A stretch of 64,000 nucleotides of DNA, from contig OX597818.1 in the NCBI GenBank assembly GCA_951406725.2, forward strand, positions 132,370,001-132,434,000, in the 5' to 3' direction. Under the pieces are notes generated by a model. The model was not told the DNA's origin. It worked only from the letters and a program-made list of their open reading frames with translations, and searched no databases. Shown piece by piece: positions 1 to 14,871 of the stretch. A program made the translations under genes and the position numbers. Numbering within the stretch: the stretch's first letter is position 1; each line of letters begins with the position of its first letter. Source of the DNA: Octopus vulgaris. Its lineage: Eukaryota.

Positions 1-1054
1 TACACTACTTAGTAGTGTAGAATTCTAAACACAGAGATGTAGAACTAACAAGTGTAATTAGTCTAATGTCTAATATAGCCCTTTGCTGCTTTTTGCCAGA
101 TTCACACATTTTGTTCTATGTAAATTGTTTTATATAAATTTATTGTCGTTGATAAAAAGAGCCTCCAAATTATGGTGTGCTTCCAATTGATAAAATAAAC
201 CCATTATCAGTAACACTTGTTTTACATCCTGCTCTTTTCCCCTTACACCACTGCTACACTACACCCAAGTCTGGATTGTGAATACAGTCTTGGGCTATCA
301 GCTTTCAATCAACTAGATGACTTAACTTATTGAACATCAGGCAAAGGTACTGAGTATTTCATAAACATGTGTACAGGTATACTCAACCTTTTAGCATTCA
401 AGATTTCAATGGTCTGCTTGTAAATTGTTAGAGTGACATCGCAGCGTAGGTGTGCAAGATTGGATCTGGTCAGTTTTTAACATAAAACAGGTGGAATATT
501 TGGGTCAGATATGACCGGTTTAAATGTTATGTGATTAACGTAATTCTCAATAAGAATCAGTGTGGCACAGTGTGTAACAACATTGGACCTTTAAGTTACA
601 CATACAGCTCCCTGATGGGCTTCAACACAATTTCTATGAACCCAAACCTGCTTCAACAAATTCCATTACACATGTAAGCATGAAAAAGTGGACATCGAAA
701 TGACAATGATGATCTTGATAGTAATTATGTTTACACCTGTGTGATATCTGATTACACTGTGTAACACAATTTTTATCCTTGGGTGGCAATTGTTATTTCC
801 TGTTTGCTTACCCCTGGAAAGTATGAAAAATGGCTAATATTTCCTTCAATCTTTGCTTTTGTTACATTTATTCAAATTCCAAAAGAATTCCTCTCAACAC
901 ATGGCTATGATACACCACTATAAACACCAACAGTTTTTTTATCCTAAATACACACACATACTCATGCATTTTGATATAATGTCAAATCTCTAATGTATCT
1001 ACATGTAGCTTTGCTGTTCTCTAGGTGAAACATCTTACAAGGTGATATATATAT

Positions 1055-1273
1055 AATAATAATAAAATTAGGGAATAAATACAAACTTACAGGAAAAATG
1101 AGATTTAGGATTAAATCCAATTTTATAGGATAAATATATTATATTATATTATATTAAATTAGAGATAAAACCACTATTAGGCAAATCAAACAGTGAAAAA
1201 CATAAGCCAATACATAAAATTAATTTAAAAATATAAAAGTTAAAAATAAAAAATTATTAAAAAAATTTAAATA

Positions 1274-1280
<7 letters not shown>
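1055..1280. repeat. AT-rich dispersed repeat between (TA)n tracts; same family at 13415-13540 and 39305-39665
   Basis: Shared motif attagagataaaaccactattaggcaaatcaaacagtgaaaa..cataagccaatacat in all three places. Confidence 0.75.
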
Positions 1281-1319
<39 letters not shown>

Positions 1320-1925
1320 AATTGAAATAATTGATGGGGAAAACAAAGTGTACTGCAAGCTGTATTTAGCACGACAACCATTTGGGCTTACACCTGCACA
1401 CTACTAGGAACATACCCAAAACAAGGTTTGGGTACTACATTTTAAAGTTTCCTATCTAAACTTTAATTTCAAACATAACATCATCAGCATCGTCATTTAA
1501 CATCCACTTTCCAATCTGGCATTGGTTGGATGGTTTGGCTGAGAACTGATAAGCCGAGAGCTGCACCAGGTTCCAATCTGATTTGGCATGGTTTCTATCG
1601 CTGGATGCCCTTCTTAATACCAACCATATCAATAGTGTAGCAGGTGCTTTTTACATACCAGTTATGTAACACCGGCATGACCACAACTACAACCTCAGCA
1701 CTGACATCAAATTCAAAAATGATTTTATATGTATATATATATATATACTTCGATTAGAGGTTGTGTTAACCTCATGAAGAAAAGTTTTTGGGGAATTGAT
1801 TTCCTTGGAATAATAGGTGTATATATATATATATATATATATAGTTTATATTCATATAAAAGGAAGAAGAAAATGGAAATTGGGAAATTAATAACTGTTT
1901 ATCATTAACATCAAATTAATCATCA

Positions 1926-2011
1926 TCCCTTACAGCTGTTTCAATTAATACTGAGTAAATATTAAGTAAATGTCAAGTTTATATCACCTAAGCATAATAT
2001 CTTCAGAGGGA
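1926..2011 (-). ncRNA. Type-I hammerhead ribozyme motif (PLE-type)
   Basis: Minus strand: TCCCT-CTGAAGA-[AT-rich stem II]-GAAAC-AGCT-GTA-AGGGA; 5-bp stem I, palindromic stem III ACAGCTGT. Confidence 0.7.
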
Positions 2012-2809
2012 AAAAATATACCCTTGGATGTTTTATATGTGTATATGGATTCTTATATATATACATATCTGAAGCAATTACACAGAATATAGAGACTGGT
2101 ACATCTTCAAATCTTTCTTTTAATTTAACAGTTAATTATTCAGCATAATTAGTTAGTTAAAATGACTAATATGTGTTTCTGCTGCATGGACTATGTGAAG
2201 TTGCATATACAACCCACAATACTCTGCTATGCACCTTCATTCAGGGTGTTTCCAAATATATAATATATATGTGTGTGTGTACAACTGCCAGCCACCATCA
2301 AACTAAACATGCATTTCCCTCCCTATGATTTGGGTACCGGTCAATAGGTTAGGAGTCAGTCAGCTTGAGTCCACTCCTATAAACTCTCCCACTTTATTAT
2401 AGTGTATACTAAATTGAGCAGAAGCATTTAAACTTTGAAAGAACAGAATGATACATAATTTCTCTCTTGCTATGGTATTTTAGTTGATCAAATGAGAGAT
2501 CAATTAAATATGCAATGTGCAACACCTTGGTTGTGCCAGGCTATTTGAAATGTACATAAGCTAAATTAATTGTTGATAATGCATCTTCATTCTTTATGTT
2601 TTTTTCTAATATACTCAGGGATTAATACACAGAATATAATCCTTTTTCAACTTCTGATTTACAAATTGGACTGATCTCAGAAAATGAATACCCATATAAA
2701 TGGATTGCTGTGATAATAAAAGGATAATTTAGTTAGTCAGGTTCACTTGCTATATTAGTGCTTAAAGAAGTATTTATCTGGATTATTTTAAACCCTGTTT
2801 TCCTTCATA

Positions 2810-2852
<43 letters not shown>

Positions 2853-3043
2853 TGTGTAAAGTGGTTGGCTAAACCTGACAGTGGAGCTTGGTGCAGTCCT
2901 CTAGTATACTAGCTCCTGTCAAACTGTCCAATCCATGTCAGTGTCGAAGATGGACATTATTTAATGATGACAATGATGAAATACATATATGTATATTGAG
3001 AAAAAGAAGACAGTAAGAATTTTGGATAATTCTTTATTAGTGC

Positions 3044-3113
3044 TAAAGGCGGTGCTCCAGCATGGCCACAGTCAAATGACTGAAACAAGTAAAAGAGTAA
3101 AAGAGTAAAAGAG
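3044..3113 (+). mobile_element. SINE family A 3' tail fragment
   Basis: taaaggcggtgctccagcatggcc..gactgaaacaag followed by (taaaagag)n. Confidence 0.8.
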
Positions 3114-4076
3114 TGCTTTTGTTCATTTATTGAGCTTGTCAAAACAGAATGTTTCCTTGTTTATTTATATGAATCAGATTACTTTTGCTTCTTTTAGAAG
3201 AGGTGAAAATATTTTAGTTTTTTGAGGAAAACGAGGGGAGAGAGAAAAAAATAGAGCGAGAGAGGGGGGAGAGAGAGAGAGCGAGAGAGATTTCAGGACA
3301 ATCAAGAAAGTGGAAGAAAAGTGAAGTAAAGGGTGGGGAAAGGATAGGTATTTGATGTGGTGAAATTATTGAAATTTCATTACAAAGCATTTTTCTGTTT
3401 TTCTTTTTTTCTCTTCTTCCTCTTTCCTTTCTCATTGCATACCTATCAACATATTTGTAAATAAACACATTTTCTCACAAGGGCTAGATGACCTTTCAAG
3501 ATATCAATCTTAGGAAGTAGGATGGAAAAGATAAGAAAAGAGAGAAGGGTGTGGTCATCACCAAAGTTTGAAACTAAAAAGAGTTCAAAGCCCTATGAAA
3601 ATGTATATTCTTTTACACTTTTATAGTCAAATCTCATATTCTGGGTAATTCCATGTTTTGCATGAACAAACATTCAATATTAATGTGTTAACAAGGACAT
3701 CCTAATGACAAAGTAAAATTCATTTAATCAAGATATTCTTGGCCTGAAGAGTAGCTTGCAGTATACAACTTGCTTGGATATTTACCATTCCCGAGGTTCT
3801 ACTCAATATGAAACATCTGTATACTGGATTTTATCTACTCCATACCTTAACTATTGGATTTTTATTTGCATACCTTGCAACCCTGGTTGCCAACCATGAA
3901 ATATTAAATAAACTTTTTCAGCTTATTGTAATTTGATACAAGAAAAATTCACAACTTTCCACCCCAATAAACCCCTATTGTTCCTGAAAGTTGTTTTTAT
4001 ATTTTCTATGAATTTCTTGAAGGTCATTTTCTTCCTGCACCTTCATCCTTGGATCTTACATTTATATATCTATATA

Positions 4077-4255
4077 GGAGTGGCTGTGTGGTAAGTAGCT
4101 TGCTTACGAACCACATGGTTCCAGGTTCAGTCCCACTGTGTGGAACCTTGGGCAAGTGTCTTCTACTATAGCCTCGGGCTGACCAAAGCCTTGTGAGTGG
4201 ATTTGGTAGACAGAAACTGAAAGAAGCCCGTCGTATATATGTATATACATATATG

Positions 4256-4288
<33 letters not shown>

Positions 4289-4475
4289 GTTTGTGTGTTT
4301 GTGTTTGTCCCCCACTACATTGCTTGACAACTAATGCTGGTGTGTTTACATCCCTGTAACTTAGCAGTTTGGCAAAAGAGACCGATAGAATAAGTACTAG
4401 GCTTACAAAGAATAAATTCTGGGGTCGATTTGCTCGACTAAAGGTGGTGACTAAAACAAGTAAAAAGAATAAAAA
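4077..4475 (+). mobile_element. tRNA-derived SINE family A
   Basis: Head ggagtggctgtgtggtaag..ggttcagtccc (A/B-box-like), internal (TA)n/(TG)n, shared tail; about 12 copies in window. Confidence 0.9.
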
Positions 4476-4693
4476 AGATACATACATATATACATATACA
4501 TATGTGATTTTTCAATAGTTTCTATGATGGTGGGGTGGGGTGGGGTAATGGTGCATAAAAAATTACATTAAAGTAATCTAAAATAATGTTGTTCTTGTTT
4601 AGCCTCAGGACAGCCCCAATGTAGCTGATCTATGATCAAAGATGTTCAAACCACGGTCCTCTCGTCTTATTTTCAGATAAAATGCATCTAGAA

Positions 4694-5043
4694 CAGGGGT
4701 TCTCAACCATTTTTTATTTATGGACCCATTTGGTTACTATTCTGTTCTGGTGGACCACCAGAGCCATTTGATGTTTAAAAAACTAGTTTTATAGAAACCT
4801 CTTTCAAAATCCCCATTTTGTTTTTTCACACATTAACTTGTGCAGGTTGAATTATGTAAAATGTTGGAAAAAGAAACCTTTCTGTTCTTACAATACATAC
4901 CAATACATACATCTAAAGCAAAATTTTTTCAAGGTCCCTTAAAATATTATTGTGGATCCACAATTTACTATTTCTTTATGTGGACCCTCAGAAATCTTAT
5001 ATGGATCATTAGGGAACATATGGACTCCAGTTGAGAACCTCTG
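4694..5043. mobile_element. Non-autonomous hAT (Charlie/MER5-like) MITE
   Basis: TIRs caggggttctcaac / gttgagaacctctg; perfect 8-bp TSD atctagaa at 4686-4693 and 5044-5051. Confidence 0.9.
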
Positions 5044-5329
5044 ATCTAGAACCGAGTTATCTAACTTTTTCTATGCTTTATAAGAGAATAAAGTGTAACT
5101 GAAAAGAGATTTAGCTGCAGTTTCTTGCAATTTGAATGATTGTGTAGTGATACCCATGTTGGGTCCTGGTTTTGTTGCGGCCATTTTTGTGCGACTCTAT
5201 ATCAGCACTGATAAAGAGGACTTATTTCTGTGTGTTGAATTGCCAATTTTGGCTGTCATTCCAGCCATGACAATCCACACTTCTCTTCAAACATTATAGT
5301 CATGTCTACTTTATCCCGTGTGAAGGCAT

Positions 5330-5660
5330 TTGACTCAGTGGTTAGCGCATTGGGCACACAATCATGAGGTAGTGAGTTTGATTCCCAGACCAGGCTGCGT
5401 GTCGTTTTCTTGAGCAAGACACTTTATAACGTGTTGCTCCAGTTCACTCAGCCATAGAAATGAGTTGCGACATCAGTGTTACCAAGCTGTATCAGCCTTT
5501 GCCTTTCCCTTGGATAACACTGGTGGTGTGAAGAGGGGAGACTGGTATGCATGGGTGAATACTGGTCTTCCATAAACAACGTTGCTCAGACTTGTGCTTC
5601 AGAGGGAAACTTCCTAGGTGTGATCCCATGGACCAAAGGAAGGGTCTTTACTCTAACCCT
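5330..5660 (+). mobile_element. Diverged tRNA-derived SINE
   Basis: ctcagtggttagcgc..gagtttgattcccagacc..ttgagcaagacacttt, similar to the family B head; related relic at 9125-9320. Confidence 0.6.
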
Positions 5661-5789
5661 TTTACTTTATTTCATTTGTATATGTATCCATTTTTAAGAG
5701 GTAGGGTAAAAAATTTTTTTTAAATAAAAAGATCTGCCATTTCTAGCAGATTGAGCAGTCACATAGGTGATGACAAATGACAAATATGG

Positions 5790-6730
<941 letters not shown>

Positions 6731-6948
6731 TATTTACAGCACAACCCTGATTAAATGATTGCTCAACTCGGAAAGAAATCTCACTGACATCTTCCACGAA
6801 TTCATGTCTCTTTGCATTAAATTAATTTTTAATCAGATTAAATCTCCCCTAGTTTAGTAGATTAAATATTTGATTAGCGATTATTTATGTTGAATGATCC
6901 ATTTCCTTATGAATGCATACATGCTCGTATGTATATGTGTTTGTGCAT

Positions 6949-6993
<45 letters not shown>

Positions 6994-7434
6994 TGTCTAC
7001 AAACATTGTTTATGTGCTTATGTCTATGTGAATGCGTATGAATATTTCATCAGTACTTAGTCATCATTAGGTTGACTAAGTAGATATATTAGTTGAAGAA
7101 ATGTTTGGAAGGTAAGTGATGATTGTACAGCTGCATCTTTCAGAGTGAAATTTATGTTAACTATCACTAATTTTAAAGACATTTTGAATAATTATTAACA
7201 TAGAGGTCTTTCCTACACTCTGGAAAATAAATTTTCGTTCGTTCAATTTCAGATATCATCTTGCAGTTGTAAATATAATCAGCGAATTGACAGAGGCATT
7301 ATTAGAGTGTTGGACTAAAATGCCTTGAAGCATTTGTTCAGGGTTTCAATCCCCATTGAAGTTAAACTTTTGTTTTACTTCCTTCTAAGGCCAATAAAGA
7401 AGGTAGCAGTCTGGAAAGGTGAACAGATAGAATC

Positions 7435-7842
7435 TATTTCTTTACTGCCCACAAGGGGCTAAACACAGAGGAGACAAACAAGGACAGACAAACGGATTAA
7501 GTCGATTACATCGACCCCAGTGCATAACTAGTACTTAATTTATCGAACTCGAATGGATGAAAGGCAAAGTCGACCTCGGCGGAATTTGAACTCAGAACGT
7601 AACGGCAGACGAAATACCTATTTCTTTACTACCCACAAGGGGCTAAACACAGAGGGGACAAATAAGGACAGACAAACGGATTAAGTCGATTACATCGACC
7701 CCAGTGCATAACTGGTACTTAATTTATCGACCTCGAATGGATGAAAGGCAAAGTCGACCTTTGAACTCAGAACGTAACGGCAGACGAATTACGGCTACGC
7801 ATTTTGCCTGGCGTGCTAACGTTTCTACCAGCTTGCCGCCTT
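7435..7842 (-). mobile_element. SINE family C, head plus two tandem body units
   Basis: Minus head aggcggcaagctggtagaaacgttagcacgcc; body repeated with junction gaaata|ggtatttcg; TSD aacagata(g/t)aatc at 7422-7434 and 7843-7855. Confidence 0.9.
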
Positions 7843-8432
7843 AACAGATATAATCATTTGATCACTGGGCAAATACCTTGCTGTTATCGTTCAGGTTCTT
7901 TGTGTTCTGAGTTCAAATCCTTCTGTCGCCTACTTGAGTAGTCAATTTAATGTGTAGCTTGGTTTAACATCCCACCTTGCTCTTGAGTGACTTTAGTGGA
8001 GTCTATAGTCTTAGAAGTGTTCAGACCAGGTCTCCAGTTTGAGGATACCGTCCTCTTTTCTTCCCACATGTCTTGGAGAGCCTGTAAAAGGTTCATAGCC
8101 ATTGCTCTTCCTTTTTCATTTTTCTATGTTTTGGTTAAGAAGAAAAGCAGTGCACAGGATCTAAACTCAGTGAATATTTTTTGCTGAGAATGCAAGGAAG
8201 TAAGTCAACTGTATTATACAATCTGGCCAATTGCTTAATGTAATAATGCCAATCAGCTTACTGAAACATGTGTATGTCTTATAAAGCTAAAACTATCAGT
8301 TAAATTTTATTATTTATTAATAGCTTGTTACAGAGACTCCAAGACTTTAGATATCCTCAAACTGGAAAACTTGCTTGAATGCTTGCAACAGAGTGAACCC
8401 CACTAAAGGTAAACAAAGTGTTAGGTGGTGCC

Positions 8433-8851
8433 CAGTGCTGGATTAATCATTAAGCCAAATATTCATGTGCTTTGGGAATCAAGGAAAGAGGACACCACAG
8501 AAATTGTAAATGGTTTGGGGCGCAAAAGAAATTACTTTAAACTTGCTAAAATAATATTCAAAGTGGTTTATATGATTGAAAATATAACTTCAAAGTGTTC
8601 ATGGTGTCATAGTGAGGATCCGATCAAAGAATCTGCAGTTAAAAAAAATAGAAGAAAACTTTTCAAATATAAATAAAGTGAAAGTATACAAAAATAAATA
8701 ATTTTCCAGCTAACTGTTTGTTTTGTTTCACTTTGAAAAATGAAATTCATTTTATGATTTATTATTGTTTATATTTTGAATTACATATATATAAGAGGAC
8801 ACTAAAATCTTTTAAGTGCTTAGGGTCTCTATGGGTCTTAATCTGGCCCTG
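8433..8851. mobile_element. Old non-autonomous hAT-like element
   Basis: Imperfect TIRs cagtgctggattaa / ttaatctggccctg; flanks gtggtgcc / gtggtgtt (6 of 8 match). Confidence 0.65.
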
Positions 8852-10099
8852 GTGGTGTTGTTAAACTGGGCAATGAGATATATCTACCAACAAAATAAGC
8901 CATAACAGAATCTGAATTCATAATACAAAGAACCTGAGCAAATACTGCAAGGCATCCAGTCTGATGTTATTATAGTTCCGCCAAACCCTGGTGCTGGATT
9001 GCTGGATTGACTTTCTCTTTTTATCGACCCAGAAGGATGAATGGCAAAGTTCATCTTGGTGGTATTTGAACTCAGAGTGCAGGCAGTCAAAACAAATACT
9101 GCAAAGCATTCTGTCATGTGTGGAAGTGCATGGCTTAGTGGTTATGGTGTTGTGAGATTATGGTTTTGATTCCTGGACCAGGCAATGTGTTGTGTTCTTG
9201 AGCAAAACACTTCATTTAACATTCTTCCAATTCACTCAGCAGATAAAAAGAGTAATCCTGCAAGGGATCAGCGTCCCAACTTGGGAAGAATATATACACC
9301 AGATAAACCAGGAATAAGATATGCTCCTTATGGAGTAATGTGGACTAATCATTCTGTCTAATTCTTTGATAAACCTACTAATTTGCCTCTTGACAATTTA
9401 AAAATAAAAAGTTCAACAACTTTCACTTCAATTCACTTCATTAGTCAAATGTAATGCTTATTTATTCACATCGTTTTGAATTAGTCATGCATTATCTTGT
9501 AGCTTCAAAATTTCAGTGATGTAATTGTTTATGTTTAGAATGACATTGCCAGGTAGGTGTGAGAGGCCAGGTCAGGCCACTTTGAACATAAAACATGTAG
9601 AATATTTGGGTTGGATGTTGCCAGTTTAAAAGCTAAAGGGTTAGAATGAAGGAAAGTTGGGCACTATCGACCAGACTTTCTTGCTTGTGACCATCTTCAG
9701 TTCCATGGCAAGACCAGGTCAGGATGACTGGGGATAGAGACAGATGCAGTGGATGACCAAGAGGTCTTCTTACTTGCCTCATCTTTCTCTCTGCATTCCA
9801 CAATGCATTGCTGCAGCCACTTTCCCATCCTTGGAACCCTGAAGCTTTCTTCCAAAAAAAAAAAAAAAAAATGAGAAAAGAGTTCACCAGATCCAGCCTT
9901 CTCAGGCATACTTGGACTAAGTACAGCTTGGTAGCACTATCATCACAGGTATTGCTGTCGAAATGCAGAGAACATGATCAGATACCACAAGGTATCTGTC
10001 CCAACTCTCTAACAGTGCTGTCAATCCTGCATTTATACTTTTTTATTGACCTTCAAGAGTACTGAGAGGTGGAACAAATATCAAAAAGTATTCTACTTA

Positions 10100-10295
10100 T
10101 TTAGTTTCAAATTTTGGCACAAGGGTAAATCTATTAGATCGATCCCAGTGACCAACTGGTACCTATTTTATCAAAACTGAAAGGACGAAAGATGAAGTTG
10201 ACCCTGGCAGAGTTTGAACTCAAAACGTTAAGACAAGCAAAATACTGCTAAGCATTTTTTCCCAGCATGCTAACAATTCTGCCAGCACACTGCCT
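10100..10295 (-). mobile_element. Diverged SINE family C
   Basis: Body motif gatgaagttgaccctggcagagtttgaactca..gctaagcatt..tgctaacaattctgccagc. Confidence 0.7.
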
Positions 10296-10749
10296 CGCAA
10301 CTCTATTAATTTTAGTACTTTTATGCAATGTTTCAAATGCCTGCAGGGAACTAAGGTTTCATTTTAAAGCCATTGGAAAATTGTGGTAGTTGGTTTTTGC
10401 TTTTGAGCTTTATTATTTTATATTTTAATTTTTATATTTTTTTTTGTTAAGTTCCTCTCACTCCTTAATAGTCAATTTCCTGATTCTGCCCACCCCCACT
10501 CACTCTACTATTCTCATCCCTTAATATAATAAAACAAAACAACCAGAAAAATCACAAAAGAAAAATAGAAAGAAAAGAGGAAAACAATAAAAAAATGTGA
10601 ATTGCAGAATTACCCCTTAACTTGTGAATCTGAATTTTGGAGGTCAAGGAGATACTTGACTGATGGATGTAAACCCTTAGAACTCTTCAGAAAGTAAATA
10701 GGGTACCTCTTGAGATTGGAATAACTACTAATTGTCTTACTGCTTTATT

Positions 10750-11640
10750 TGATTGGTGTTGTTGTTGTTGTTGTTGATATTTTTATGATACCTATCAGTG
10801 CTGAAATAGTTGTTGTTATGAAATAAGACGTTGGGTTTGGTGAAAAAAATGGTGTTCGTAGTGGTGTTAATACCATTTGTGGTGGAAACACTCGAGGTGT
10901 TATTGCTGCTGCTGTTGGTGGTGTTGACATTGTTGTTGTTGGTGGGGGTAGTGGTGGTAGTAGTGGCAACAATGACAAAAGTCGTTGTCGGGGGACAGTG
11001 ATATTGATGAAGGTCTTGATGGTGGCAATGCTAGAGGTAGCGATGATGAGGAATACCTTTAGGGGTCGATTGTGGTAGAGGTCGATGTGCCAGATGTGAT
11101 GGTAATAGAAGTGGTCCTGTTGTTGTGTTTGTTATTGTGGGTAGTGATGGTAGTGGTAAGTGGTAGTAATGGTGGTGTTATTGAGACGGTGATGAGGATA
11201 CTGACTGGTAGAGGTGGATGTGCTAGAAGGGTTAGTAATAGAAGTGGTACTGTTTGTTCTTGGTGGTGGTAGTAATGATGGTGGTTGTTGTTGTGGTGGT
11301 GGTGGTGGGTAGTAATGATCATGGTGGTAGTGGTAGTAGTAGTAATGATGGTGGTGGTGGTGGTAATGATGGTGGTGGTGGTGGCTACGCTGAAGTCATT
11401 GGTGGTGATGTGGATACTTGTAGTGTTGGTTGTAGTGGTAAGGGTCAAGGTGCTGTTCTTATAAGTGGTGATGATAGTGTTAGCCACAACACTGATGATT
11501 GTAATAATATTGGTGATGATATAGCTTAATAGAGATGTCAACGATGAATATGATGTTTGTGAATACGATGATGTTAGAGATGGAGATGGTGTTAGTTATA
11601 TTTATTTGGAGACGGTGTTGATAATGAAAATAATAATGCT
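10750..11640. repeat. GGT/GTT/GAT-rich low-complexity region
   Basis: Degenerate trinucleotide repeats. Confidence 0.85.
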
Positions 11641-12199
11641 AATACCATAACCGAGGATAGAGATGCTGAAAGGAAGACGTGTTGAGTGTCGTTTGGTTTT
11701 CAAGAAAGCCTTTAGGCGATTAAAGTGAAGGAGATGATGTTAATGGTGTCGTTAGCAGTAATAAGGTTGTAGGAGGTGCTGAGTTTTAATTGCTTTGAAG
11801 AAAGCATTTGTTACTCCAGGTTAATTGGGCAGACTTATTATCAAAGCCATTCTGTGGGTGATGATAATTTTTTTTTTCCCCTTTTGTTAAAACATTTTAC
11901 ATCTTGGACTACAATATGCAATGTGTACATTCTTTTTTTTACCATGATAGAATGAGATTTGAGGGAGATTAGGTTGTTATTTCTAGTACATCCAGGCAAC
12001 CTATTGAAAGAGTTTTATCATGAGAATGAAACATTAGGAAACTGGAAATATACATTAGTAACTGTTAATCTAATAAGTGTTGATGATAATGATAAACATG
12101 ATTATTGTTCTTATTATAGCCATCATTAAACATCCACACCATCTCCAGCCCTCTTACAACTCAACTAATTAACTGCTTTAATATTGATAATGACAATGA

Positions 12200-12388
12200 T
12201 TTCAAATTTTGACACAAGGCCAGCAATTTTGGGGGAGAGGTCAAGTTGATTACATTGACCCCAGTGCTCAGCTGGTATTTTTATCTTATCAATTCCTAAA
12301 GGATGAAAGGCAGATTTAATCTTGACAAAATTTGAACTCAGAGCATATATAGGTGGGCAAGATTCTACCAGCTCACTACCTTAATAAT

Positions 12389-12441
<53 letters not shown>

Positions 12442-12810
12442 TGATGATCTTTTCTACTGTAGGCACAAGGCCTAAAGTTTTGGGGAGGAGGTAAGTCAAC
12501 CATATTGACCCCAGTACATGGCTAGTACTTAATTTTATTGGCCCCAAATAGATGAAAGGCAAAGTCGACCTCAGTGGAATTTGAACTCAGAATGTAGCAA
12601 TGGGCGAAATACCACTAAGCATTTTGACCAGCGTGCTAACAATTCTGCCAGCTTGCCGGCTTAATAATAACAATGATGATGATGATAATCCTTTCTACTA
12701 TAGGTACAAGGCTGGAAATAGTTGACTACATCGGCCCCAGTACTCAACTGTTGCTTATTTTATTGACCCAAAAGGATGAAAGGCAAAGTCAACCTTAGCA
12801 GAATTTGAGC
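12200..12810 (-). mobile_element. Cluster of three diverged SINE family C copies separated by (AAT)n
   Basis: Repeated gaccccagt..gatgaaaggcaaagtcgacc..aatttgaactcag motif. Confidence 0.75.
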
Positions 12811-13033
12811 TTAACATGCAAAGCTGTAACAACAACAACAACAACAACAATAACAACAACAACAATCCATTTTTATTGGCCACAAGGACTCATACTTACA
12901 TTACAAAATTTGTTATACAAAAATGTACAAAACACACACACATGTATATATATATGTGTGTGTGTGTAAGCATTTTGTATACTACAGCTGTTTCAAAAGG
13001 GAATCAAGAGTCTACTACTGTATGTTTCATAGC

Positions 13034-13072
<39 letters not shown>

Positions 13073-13078
13073 TTGTGT

Positions 13079-13380
13079 GGAGGCGCAATGGCCCAGTGGT
13101 TAGGGCAGTGGACTCGCAGTCGGAGGATCACAGTTTTGATTCCCAGACTGGGCGTTGTGTGTGTTTATTGAGCGAAAGTACCTAAAGCTCCACGAGGCTC
13201 TGGCAGGGATGGTGGTGAACCCTGTTGTACTCTTTCGCCCCAACTTTCTCTCACTCTTTCTTCCTGTTTCTTGGGTAACGTTGCAATGGACTGGCATCCC
13301 ATCCAGCTGTGGGGAACACATATGTCACAGAAACCGAGAAACCGGGCTCATGAGCGTGGCTAGGCTAGAAAAGGGTGCAT
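13079..13380 (+). mobile_element. tRNA-derived SINE family B (tail variant B3)
   Basis: Head ggaggcgcaatggcccagtggttagggcag..tttgattcccagac; tail gaaaccgggctcatgagcgtggctaggctagaaaagggtgca. Confidence 0.88.
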
Positions 13381-13598
13381 AAATATATACATATATAATA
13401 TATATATATATATATAATATTAATTAGAGACAAAACCACTATTATGCAAATCAAACAAAAAAAGACTTAATCCAATACATAAAAAATTTTATATAAATTA
13501 AATATAATTAAGATATCCGCTACGATCGTTTCTTGTCACATATATATACAGAATGCATCCCCTTCTACCTACAGTATAAATATATATATATATATATA

Positions 13599-13978
13599 GG
13601 CGCAGGAGTGGCTGTGTGGTAAGTAGCTTGCTAACCAACCACATGGTTCCGGGTTCAGTCCCACTGCGTGGCATCTTGGGCAAGTGTCTTCTGCTATAGC
13701 CCGGGCCGACCAATGCCTTGTGAGTGGATTTGGTAGACGGAAACTGAAAGAAGCCTGTTGTATATATGTATATATATGTGTGTGTGTTTGTCCCCCTAGC
13801 ATTGCTTGACAACTGATGCTGGTGTGTTTACGTCCCCGTCACTTAGCGGTTCAGCAAAAAGAGACCGATAGAATAAGTACTGGGCTTACAAAAGAATAAG
13901 TCCTGGGGTCGAGTTGCTCGATTTAAGGCGGTGCACCAGCATGGCCGCAGTCAGATGACTGAAACAAGTAAAAGAGTA
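13599..13978 (+). mobile_element. SINE family A
   Basis: Full-length copy, ggcgcaggagtggctgtgtgg to gaaacaagtaaaagag. Confidence 0.92.
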
Positions 13979-14780
13979 TATGTATATATATATACAGTAG
14001 GTAGAAGGGGATGCATTCTGTTGTAAGACATATAAATCTAATACTTGAAATTGCATTGAAACTTATACATTTTATTGGTTATCTAAAATACTATAGCTTG
14101 CAGGTTTGTATATTTCTAGCAACGAGGAAGTTTTTAATAGTTTTTTTTGTTCTTTGGTAACTTATTCTTACTCTCAATTTTTAATATATTTCTTACTGTT
14201 AGGTTGAAATTAGCAATGGAAGTTTTAGTAAAAATATTTCCTATTTCTTTTAAAGTTTTTCTTTGTGTCTTCTCTTATGTTCTTTGTCTTTTTTTTATAA
14301 TTTTCTAGACTTTTTAATTTCTTTCTTCTTTTTTTCTTTTTTGTTGACTTTGTCATTAATATTTTTTCACCTCTAATTTTTCTTCCTGCCTTATCACTTT
14401 TCCTTGCTTGTTATTTTCTTCTATAGTTCTTTGTTCATTCTTTCCTTTGTCTTCTTTTTCTTTCTTTCGTTCTTTATTTCCTTCTTCTTCTTTTTCTTTT
14501 TCTTTTTGTTCTTTGGTTCCTAGCTTTTGTTTCTTCCTAGATCACCGAACAAAGAAAGTAAAACTTATTTCATAAATCATATGTTGCAAAATTATTAGCA
14601 AAAAATAAATAATGTATCTATGTTTTTTGGAGGTTGTTTGCTATGGCTGGTCAGAGAGTGACCATTGATTTCATACCTATAAAGTGTTTAGCTGTATAGG
14701 TGACTCGTCAGACTCAAAATGTTTACATGTATAGGTGACTCATCAGACTCAGAATGCTTAGATGTATGTGTATGTTTGTG

Positions 14781-14870
<90 letters not shown>

Positions 14871-14871
<1 letters not shown>

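Noticed and set aside
4077-4150. SINE heads as tRNA genes
   Set aside because: They have Pol III box-like motifs but continue into SINE bodies and tails with TSDs; no complete cloverleaf established
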